A stretch of DNA of 64,000 nucleotides, taken from Piromyces finnis finn. Its lineage: Eukaryota; Fungi; Neocallimastigomycota. Under the pieces are notes generated by a model. It made no database searches. It saw only the letters and a list, made by a program, of their open reading frames with translations, and was not told the origin of the DNA. The stretch covers positions 1 through 64,000 of the forward strand of contig MCFH01000029.1 of NCBI GenBank assembly GCA_002104945.1. Reading direction: 5' to 3'. Below are positions 20,145 to 37,285 of the stretch, in pieces. Made by a program: the position numbers and the translations under genes. How positions within the stretch are numbered: the first letter of the stretch is position 1; the number at the start of each line of letters is the position of its first letter.

Positions 20145-20989
20145 TGGTTTTGGGTTTTGAGGAGGGTAGCTATGATTTTGTTCACATCGGTCATTTCGTT
20201 TGGGCAGAAGCGGGCATCATGTCCTTTCTGGTTACAACGGTGGCAGATATGAATTTTCATCTGGGCAAAGCTTTTGGTCAAAGCATCCAGATCTGATTCT
20301 TTAGCTTCTTCTTTAGTAGTCTTTTCATTATCAGTACTACTATTATTTTCGTTATTATTATAAGAGGTTTTATCTTCAACTTCTATTTTTCTCTTATAAT
20401 AATTATTTTTGTTTTGAGTTCTTTTATTGGGTACATATTCATCATCACTTTCATAAGCAGATAGAAGCTCATCTGCTTTAATAGCAATGACCATAGCATC
20501 CTTTAAAGTTTTTGGTTGTTTGTTAATAAGAGAATTTAATATAGAAGTTCTCCTATTAAAAGCTTTTGTATAAAGAAAAACAAGTCTTTCTTCAGAAGGC
20601 TTGTCCCTTTCTTTAATTTCTTTCAAAAGGTCGTTAAAAGAACGGTTAAATTCTCTAACAGAGCTTTTGTTTACTTTTATTTTTTCTAACTTATTTAGGT
20701 TTCTATTAGAGGTTTTATCATCCTCAAATAAGTTAGATATTTTATTGATAAATTCATTATAAGATAGGGATCTATCTTCATAATAAATATCACTACAAAG
20801 ATCCTTTGAGTTACCGGTAGTAGCAAGCAAAGCAATTCTCTTCTTTTCTTTTTCAGAAAGAGCTAAGTCTTCTAAGATATCTTCAAGTTCCATTTTCCAT
20901 CTGAAGAACTTAGTATCTTTCTTGCCAAGAGGGCTTATTTCTTTAGCCATACTAGCGGCTCTTTCAAAATTGTTTTTATTTTCAGTCAT
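20135..20989 (-). CDS. gag: Gag of element 3 with CCHC knuckle
   Basis: CHRCNQKGHDARFC; ends NHLN*; lies just inside the PBS. Confidence 0.92.
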   Translation of the reverse strand: MTENKNNFERAASMAKEISPLGKKDTKFFRWKMELEDILEDLALSEKEKKRIALLATTGNSKDLCSDIYYEDRSLSYNEFINKISNLFEDDKTSNRNLNKLEKIKVNKSSVREFNRSFNDLLKEIKERDKPSEERLVFLYTKAFNRRTSILNSLINKQPKTLKDAMVIAIKADELLSAYESDDEYVPNKRTQNKNNYYKRKIEVEDKTSYNNNENNSSTDNEKTTKEEAKESDLDALTKSFAQMKIHICHRCNQKGHDARFCPNEMTDVNKIIATLLKTQNHLN

Positions 20990-21718
20990 ATTTAGTAAAT
21001 AAAAAAGATAATTATACTAAATATACTAATTAATAGGAATTATTTAAATTATCGGCTTTCCCACGGGACGACTGAGGTTCTCCACCACTTGATAACGGAT
21101 TGGTAGTTATATTACAACTTTTTAACTACTTCTTCTGTTATCTTATATTGTTTTATCTCGACAGCTATTGTACGAGCTTTAACAATATCTACTAGTTTTA
21201 TTAATTTATTTTAAGTTATTTTATAATTTTAATAGTTTTATTATTTTAATAATATTTATATAGAATAATAACACCAGATTTATTCTATAAAATATTATTT
21301 ATTATTAACACAATAATTACAAATTAGACAAGTTTAATTTCGTTTTTATATTTTCTTTTATTTATTGTTCTTACGCTCTTTTTAACAATAATTTTTATTA
21401 TATAAAAACTTATTTTTTTTTGTCTTTTAAATATTATTATGTATTCACTAATTAATTATATTAACTATTATTAAAATTTAACTTATTATTAGTAATCTAA
21501 GTCTTCTTATTTTCTACTAAAAATTATTATTATTCTTTATATTAAAAATTATTTTTATAATTTAACCCAATCAAATATATAAATTTATAAAATATTTGAT
21601 TTTATGTAAATTATATTTTTATAATAAACTATATAAAATTATTTAATAATTATTTTATAATAAAATTTTCTACTAATATCAAATTTATAATATATTTATA
21701 ATTATTATTTATCATAAA

Positions 21719-22576
21719 TGCTACGGTTCAAATAAGATATCACAAAACACTTGAATAGTTATAAAAATAAAAATTTATTTAATCTTAATTTTTATTCATT
21801 TAATTTATTTTTGATTTTTCAATTTTTAAAAATTTTCTCAAAAATCCTCGTACTTTTTCCAACTATCCATTATTTGAAATTTAATGGTTTTGGATAGCTA
21901 AGGATTTAAATTGATTTCATTCATAATATATGGATCATTCACTGTAACATATATTAATTAAATCCTTAATATATATTATGAATAATCTCTTAATATTTGA
22001 ATAGAAAAATTTTTAATTTATAATTAATAAAATTTTAATTTATGATATGTGTAACATTTTTGCATATCATATATTATATATTTAATTATGACATATAATA
22101 AAATTATATTATTCAATTAATTATGCCCTTTTTTAGACATAAATAATAATTTTTCTGTCGAGGTATCTTCTGTTTTGTGTGTAACAGTTGCCTCTTTTAG
22201 TAAAAATTATAATTAAATTCTATGTCATAATTTCAAATTATAAAATATTATACAATAAAGTTAATTAATAAAATAAACCTTAAATAATAATAAAATTCCT
22301 ATAACTATTTTAATAATAAAATTTTGTAAAATTTATAAGTATAAAATATTATAAGTAATTATACTAATACTAATAATAAAGGTCTTAAATAACTATATAC
22401 AAATAATATAACTATATAATAAAAATATGAATAATTACTAGAAAAATGTATAAAAATTATATATTATAATTTTTATATTTTAAAAATAGAGTTAAACACT
22501 AGTAAGGAATATAAATAGTTGAAGGTTAATTCCTAAAATTCTAGCTAATTCAACTATTTATGTTCATTCCTTAACA
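21719..22576 (-). mobile_element. Solo LTR of the element-2 family
   Basis: Reverse complement of 7122-7980 with few differences. TSD TAAA at 21715-21718 and 22577-22580. Confidence 0.96.
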
Positions 22577-22590
22577 TAAAAGATATCATT

Positions 22591-22662
22591 GCCCGTTTGG
22601 CTCAGTGGTAGAGCGTCGCTCTCGTAAAGCGAAGATCAGTGGTTCGATCCCGCTAATGGGCA
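22591..22662 (+). tRNA. tRNA-Thr (anticodon CGT), intronless
   Basis: Acceptor GCCCGTT/AATGGGC, D arm GCTC/GAGC, anticodon arm TCGCT-CTCGTAA-AGCGA, T arm AGTGG-TTCGATC-CCGCT. A T5 terminator follows within ~10 nt. Confidence 0.97.
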
Positions 22663-22725
22663 AATTCATTTTTAAAAGTTATTTTTTGTAATTTTTTATT
22701 ATAATAAAAAGATTTTATACTTTGA

Positions 22726-23384
22726 TTTTTTTTTTTTTTTAGACTAGGAAGAAAATATACTTTTTCATGTATTTATATTTATTTAATTTGTAATTTTATA
22801 TTATTTTAGGTGATAATATATTAACGTAATAATTAATAAATAAAAATAATAAAATACATAAAAATATAATTATAAAGTTAAATAAAATAATTAAGTTGCA
22901 TAAAAGTCCAATGAACTCTGCAACTTGTACTGTATAGGATTGGTTCCTACCTAATATATTAAATGAAATAATAAAGAGAAGTAATATCAGGTATGATAGT
23001 GTGGTGTCCACAAAATTTTTCCATGAGTTCATACTGTTTTTATTCGAAGAAATACTAACACTGAACCCTGTGTACGGAACATTACAAATGTTTCTTTGCC
23101 ATATCGGTACGACGTAGGCGCTCTTGATTACGTTAAGTATATTACTAAATCTATCAAAAAGTAGTCTCATTGAACTACTAATGATAGGAATTGTTTTAGT
23201 AAGAAAAGTCACGAGACCCTCTACATATGGAACATGAGACCCCGATAAATTGTAAAGCTGCTCATTCAAATATCTTTATTCCGCCTTGTCGATTTGTAGC
23301 TCATCCTAAGCTATAGTTCCACCAAGAAGGAACGTAAAAATGTAGATATAAATAATTTTTTTTCTTCCATTTCGGGGAGTAAGT
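22726..23384 (-). mobile_element. 5'-truncated LINE family B copy (3' end)
   Basis: T15 tail followed by AGACTAGGAAG as at 42578. ORF 22796-23269 matches the C-terminus of the 42632-44527 ORF. Confidence 0.9.
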
Positions 23385-23779
23385 AAAATAATAAATTGAT
23401 TTTTATATTATTATATATAAATAAACATTTAACATAACTTGATTTAAAAATAAATTATTAAATTATTATTTATTGTTTCTATTGTATAAAAAATATATAT
23501 GCTATAAATGTTAATTACTCTTTATTATTTATAGTTTTTTTTTTGTAATAATATATACATATTGAAAAATAAAAATATAAAATGTTTATTTACATATATA
23601 AATTTTTATGAGAAATTGAGATAAAAGATAAAAGTAAATGATAATAAAAAATATATTTATATATTTTTATAAAATAAAAATATTTATCTTATAAAGAATA
23701 TGTTAATATAAAAATTCATTTTTAAATGAGTAATATAAATATAAATAATAGTAATAATAGTAATAATAAAAAATTTATT

Positions 23780-30960
<7,181 letters not shown>

Positions 30961-31369
30961 TTATATAAAGCATTCTTTTTTCATTTAAAATTATAAATAT
31001 ATGTATGTTTTTTAATTTTTTATTAATAAAGTGAAATTAAAAATAATCTTTTAATAGGTGATGAGAATACATACTAGTTTTTTTTTAATGAATGACGATT
31101 GACCGTCATATAAAAGTTGATTACTTTTATTCATTGTTAATTATTATTAAATGTAATATATTTTTTTAATAAAAACTAGTAGAAAATAGTAATTAAAATA
31201 CATAAAATATTTCCTTTTATATTATTATTTTCTTAGTTTAAAACATTCAAAAAGTTTAGAATAAGCAAAAGAGAAAAAAATAATTTATATAATAAATTTT
31301 TCAATATAAAAATACAAAATTTAAAAAAAAAAGTTAAAAATTTTGATTAAAAATCTCCAATTTTAACTT

Positions 31370-31498
31370 TATTTCAATAAAATTTGAAGTTAAATTTCTT
31401 GCTTAAAAATGCTATTTCAATAAAATTTGAAGTTAAATTTCTTGCTTAAAAATGCTATTTCAATAAAATTTGAAGTTAAATTTCTTGCTTAAAAATGC
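31370..31498. repeat. 43-bp tandem repeat, three perfect copies
   Basis: TATTTCAATAAAATTTGAAGTTAAATTTCTTGCTTAAAAATGC at 31370, 31413 and 31456. Confidence 0.97.
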
Positions 31499-34352
31499 TA
31501 AGTATTCATTATATATTTAGTGTATTTAATAAAATATTAAAATGCAATGAAAATTAATTATATATATAATTATATAGTATGATATTTGCTAATAATATTC
31601 ATTTTATTATTACTACTTAATTATACTATTAAAAATAATAAAACTATCTTATTTAGATAAATTACTTTATAATAAAATAATAAAATCAACTTTTATTTCA
31701 TCAAAAATAGAATATTGCATAGTTTATATTTTTTAAAAAAAGGTATTAAGTTTTAATAAAATAAATAATAACATATATATACAAACAAAGACTATATAAT
31801 AATTTATTAAATTTATAAACCTTTATTATTTTTTTTTTGGCATAATTGAATTTATTTTAAATAACTTTTTAAAGTTATTTCTTTTTCAATAAAGTTTCAA
31901 AAATTAAAATTAAGAATAGTTAAAAATTTTTGAAAAGTTTTTTTTTTAATATATGTTATGAATTAATATATTTTAGGTTAATTATCATAAGATCAAAAAA
32001 ATAAAAAATAAAAAATAATAAAAAAAAAAAAAATAAAAAAAAAAATAAAAAAAAAACACTTTTCTTCTATATTCTTTTCGCGTACTTTTTTTAGTGATAA
32101 TAAAAAAAATTATATAAAATAAATATTAATTTTATAGATTTTTAGTAGAGTTTATATTGAAAATTAATTTTTTTCTCCGTTAATAATACTTTTTAATAAT
32201 TATTTCTATTAATTATATAGTTTATGAATAGATTATATATTGTTTAAATAAATATAAATGATTGAGAAAATAAATGGAAAAATAAAAATAAAAATAAATA
32301 ATTAAAAAGAACTAATTATTTATAACAAATAACATATTTTTTTATCAATAATAATATATTAAATAAATATGACTATTATTAAATAATATTTATTTAACTT
32401 ATTATAAATATATATTTTATAATTATTATAAAAACAGTTTTAAATAAAAAAATAAATGTAAAATAAAAATAATAAAACGAAAGGTTTTATATTATTTTTA
32501 ATTAAATAAAAAAAATAAATGTAATATAAAAATAATAAAACAAAAGGTTTTATATTATTTTTAAATATTGATTAACTTATTAAAAAAAACTTTCTTAATA
32601 AAAGAAAATAATTGTTAAATATAATTAAGGAATATAATTTTAATTTCCATAGATTTCATTTTTCTTTTCTTGTTTTCTTTAATTTGAAGAAAAAACTTAA
32701 AAATCATTTTCATTTTCATTTTATTATTATTTATTATATTCATTATTTAAAGAACAAGTTAACTAAAAAAAATTAATATAAAATGTAGAAAAAAAATCGC
32801 AGATTTTTAGAGATGAAAAATAAAACAATATATTAATGCTATAGAGAAAAAAAGTATAATATTTTTTTTATTTCTACTAAATATATAAGAAAAAAAAGTA
32901 TTTTTCTTTCATATTTATTACAAAAATATATTGAAAATATAGTTTTTTTTTTTTTAAGTTTATTATATATTGACATTACTCGAATAAATTAAATATAGTA
33001 TAAAAATCATATCATTATATATATATAATTGAATATATTAACTGTAGTATAACAATTTTATGTATTTCATTTTTTATTGTATTAAAAAAAATCGAATGGT
33101 TTTATGAAATTAAAAATCCAATTTTTTAATGTTTTATCATAATAGTTTTTAATTTTTATTTATTAATAAATTATGAATATATAAATGATTTTTTAATAAT
33201 AGTTTTATAATACTAATTAAAAGTTAATAAAATATCAAAAAAATAAAAGATATTAATAGAAGTAATATTTAAATAACATTTAAATTATACTTTTTTTTTT
33301 TTTAGAAACTTTAGTTTTTAACGATTAAGAAAAAATAATTAAATCTTAATTAAATTTTTATATGTAACAGTTTTATTTTTAAATTTTTAAATTTTCTTTT
33401 TTTTTTTAATTTATATTTCTCGTGTAACATAAATTTATTATTAAATGCTATCGAATCAGTTTTTTAAACTTTAAAGATTTATTTTTCGAAAATTTTTGAA
33501 TAACAATAATATAAATAAAAATAAAAACTAAAAATAAGTCATTCCTTTTAAAGTCTAAGACAATTTATAAAGTATACTGAAGAATATATTTATTATAATA
33601 TATATAAATAAAAAAATTAAATATAAATACTAGTTATTATATAATATATTCATTTATCATTGTCATTATTATCACTCTTATTCTCTTTTTTTTTTTTGAC
33701 CTTTTTTTTCTTCATCTTTCATTTATAATAACTAAATATTATGATCATACCATTACATTATTATAATAATATTATTAATTTATTTCTTTTATTACTACTA
33801 TATAAATTGCTAATTATAAAATATTTATTTATTTATATGAAGAATATATATTATTTGATAATAATAATTAATATTATTTTCTCTCTTGTTTCGTTATTAT
33901 ATTATGCATTAATAGCACATAACCAACAATTTTTATGTTATATTGTACAAAATATTATTCAAATTAAACAAATATCATAAATGTAATATATTTTGTTTAT
34001 ATTAAGATAAATAAATTTGATTTTAATAAAGTAACTTATTAAAAAAATAAAAGGCAAAATAAAAATAAATTAAATTTAATTAAATAATTTAACAAATTTA
34101 AAACATTAATAGAATAATAAAAAAAAAAGAATAATAAGAAAAACCGCTGCTTGAAGCATCATTTAAAAAAATGGAATATACCCAATTTTTTATATTATAA
34201 AAAAGAAAGTTTATAAATTATTAATATAGCTTCATTATAAATAAAGTTTATGAAATTGGCACATTGTTTTACTTTTATTTGTCGAATTGTTTTTTTTTTT
34301 TTTTTTCTACTAATTTAAAATAAGATAATAATAAGATATATAAATAAAATGC

Positions 34353-34396
<44 letters not shown>

Positions 34397-34578
34397 AGGA
34401 AAAAATATATATTATAATATTGATATCATTTTGTAATAATATAACTTTTATATATCAAAAAAAAAAAAAAAAAAAAAAAAGAATATATATTATCATAATA
34501 TTGAAAATCAAACAATATTAATAAAAATATAAATACCCTAAATATCAAATAGAAACAAATAAATTAATAATAATAAAA

Positions 34579-35667
34579 ATGAATAGTAATAATAATAATA
34601 CCAGTTCCATATACATACAGCCTAGATTTGAATCAAGTACAGGTACCTGTAACAGTAATCCAATACCCTTTATAGAAGGTTTTTTTGGAAAATTTCAAGA
34701 TTCATTTTGTTATACTTTTTTTTTACAGTTTATTGTAGTATCACTTTTATATTATAATGTTGGTAAAGGAAAATATTGGAAAATATTATTTTATGCATCT
34801 TTAGCTGGTATACTTGGTGCATTTATTGAAAATATAACAGTAGCATATATATGTTCATCCAATAATAATTTCAATAATATTATTCCTTTACTAATTAATG
34901 AAGTTTTCTGGATATCTAATGAATATGCTATACCTTTATTAAATTTAATTAAAATGAAAGCTTTTGCTAGAGGATTACTTGCTGAAATTACAAAATACAT
35001 TATTATTGGTTTATCAATACCATTTATGACTTTTAGATTAAGTATTGGTTTTGAACGAATGTCAAGAGGATATTTAAGAGATAAATTAATCAACTCTTAT
35101 CATGGTTATTGTTTTGCTATTATGGCTATTGCTGATATTATTTGTACATTTGCCATTCTTTACTTTGTTCGATTGAATAATAAAAAAGTTTTTGTCATTG
35201 CAACCTCAAATGTTAATAATTACATTAAGCATTCCAGTTACACCATTTTAGTTATTGTTGATGTTGTTAGCGCATTATTATCTATCATTGATATTTTTTC
35301 AAATGTTGGACCATTTAAAGATAAATTTTCAGATAAATTATTTACTCCATTACATTGTTTAAAATGTTCGTTTATACTGATTTTAGCAATTGATGCTTTC
35401 ATCTTTAAGTATGATGCTAATATTAATTCGCAAAATGGATCAAATGGAAATACAAAATTTAATGGTGGAAATACCTATAGATCTTGTATTACAAATCATA
35501 ATATAAATAAAAATAAAAATAAAAATACTTTATTAAATATTTCATCCTATAATTCAGCATATAAATATGAGTATCTAAAACCAGATTATGGTACATTAAA
35601 TAATAATAATAAAGCTATTATTAAAAATTATTCTAATAATAATATACTATCTAATGATAATTATTAA
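34579..35667 (+). CDS. Single-exon putative 7-transmembrane protein (362 aa)
   Basis: ATG preceded by AAAA. About seven hydrophobic segments by eye, an N-terminal Cys and an Asn-rich cytoplasmic tail. No family recognised. Confidence 0.8.
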   Translation: MNSNNNNTSSIYIQPRFESSTGTCNSNPIPFIEGFFGKFQDSFCYTFFLQFIVVSLLYYNVGKGKYWKILFYASLAGILGAFIENITVAYICSSNNNFNNIIPLLINEVFWISNEYAIPLLNLIKMKAFARGLLAEITKYIIIGLSIPFMTFRLSIGFERMSRGYLRDKLINSYHGYCFAIMAIADIICTFAILYFVRLNNKKVFVIATSNVNNYIKHSSYTILVIVDVVSALLSIIDIFSNVGPFKDKFSDKLFTPLHCLKCSFILILAIDAFIFKYDANINSQNGSNGNTKFNGGNTYRSCITNHNINKNKNKNTLLNISSYNSAYKYEYLKPDYGTLNNNNKAIIKNYSNNNILSNDNY

Positions 35668-35985
35668 TCTCCTCAAAAATTTGGATTCTTTAGTATATAA
35701 TGGGAAAAAAAAAAAAAATTATAATGTATATATTTAGAAACAGATTATTAGTCATTTATTCATGAAAAAATATTTATGTATAATAGTAATGTAAAAAATA
35801 AAAAATAATAAAAATAAATTATTATGTATATATCAAAATTAAACATATATAAAATGTATTAATTTAATTTTTCTTTTTTTTTTTCAATCAAGGAAGAGAT
35901 AACACACTTTTATATTTATTTATAATAATTTATAAAATTTTTCATTATATTTAGTGATAATATATTAATACATATTACTGTAGAA

Positions 35986-37019
35986 CTTTCATTCAAATTT
36001 CTCTGTTCTGTTTTATCGATTTGTAGCACATCCTAAGCTAAAGTTCTACCAAGAAGGAACGTAAAAATATAGTTATAAATAACTTTTCTTACTTCCATTT
36101 CAAGGAGTAAGTAAGTGATGAATTGATTCTTATATTTATTACATAAAAGGATAGAAAGATCGTCAAGAAAGCAAAGTGAAGAAATTCTGTACTCAGAGAA
36201 TGCAGGACATTCTAAAATCCAATGATAAGAAGATTGTTCATCATATCAGCAACATGGACCGACACGAGGGCAGTCAGGTGCAACTCTATTACTGGTAATA
36301 GCAATCCGGGTAGTGCTTTCATAACCGCATCGAATTCGAATAATTCAAGTAATTCCTATATCTAAGTGAGATTTATCGAGACTGATATGCATTAGGCAAT
36401 TTGAAATAGGGAATTCGTAGTTAGTATATCTGAGGGCTTTACTTCCATTATTTAGACTACTATTATTTCAATAATGTTCTCTAGTATCTTTAGTACTTTT
36501 AATATTTATTTTCATAAGTTTCTTATGTAGTGAACAAGATTCTTTGACCCAAGAATAATGAGACATGGGAGGAATAGATCGGACGAGATCTTTAATAATA
36601 CAATTTGATTTTCTCCATTTAACAAAGCATTTCACTTGTTGCGCAGCACAAATACCTGAAAGGGTAGGAATCTTCATATCTCTTGTAAGAGCATACAGAC
36701 TAATAAATGAATTACGTTCAAAAGCAAAATCTTTGTTAATAAAACTTTTATTATGAAAGCTATTGACACTCCATAAAACAGCAGTATTGATAAGAGATTG
36801 GACTCTTCTAGTTCTATTTTTGTTGGAACCAAGTAAAGGAGCATAATAAGAGACTTTGCTTAAAATATAAGAATGAATTACTATATTTTTTAAGCCAATA
36901 GGAACACAATTGTTGGTGAGGAAGTTCTTAAAAGAGAATAAAGATTTCTGAACTTTTTTGTACATATTAGACAGAATAGGAGTCAGAGAAAGATCTTCGT
37001 CGAAAGGGATTCCAAGATA
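35986..37019 (-). pseudogene. Decayed internal fragment of LINE family B
   Basis: Collinear with ~43115-44150. Several TGG-to-TGA stops; lacks both ends. Confidence 0.9.
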
Positions 37020-37285
37020 TTTTTTTTTTTTTTTTTTTTTTAACGGCATCAAATATTTTAAACTTTATTATTAATTTAATTAAAATTATAATACATGTAA
37101 TAAAAAAAATTAAAAATAAAAATAAAAATAAAAAAAAAATATGTTTAAATAAACACAAATGAATAAAAATTGGGTATAATGTATTCTAGTAATTTTAATT
37201 AAAGTAAGAAAGCCACTATCATACTAAAGTATAATAATTGTATTTGACTTCCAATGGGACACCGAGCCAAAGATCAAAAATTTTG

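Larger units (their letters stand above)
17167..21714 (-). mobile_element. Non-autonomous Gag-PR LTR retrotransposon (element 3, 4548 bp)
   Basis: 625-bp LTRs at 17167-17791 and 21090-21714 with no difference seen by eye. TSD TAAA. PBS TGGTGGAGAA at 21087-21078, PPT AGGGGAGGAAA just beyond 17791. No RT, RNase H or IN motifs. Confidence 0.93.

Noticed and set aside
31370-31498. CRISPR array
   Set aside because: The repeats are contiguous with no spacers, the context is eukaryotic and there are no cas genes.
33741-33980. Small membrane protein (likewise 47665-47949, 58946-59167, 62112-62294 and 62548-62736)
   Set aside because: The composition is what near-pure A/T sequence yields; no motifs or splice support.
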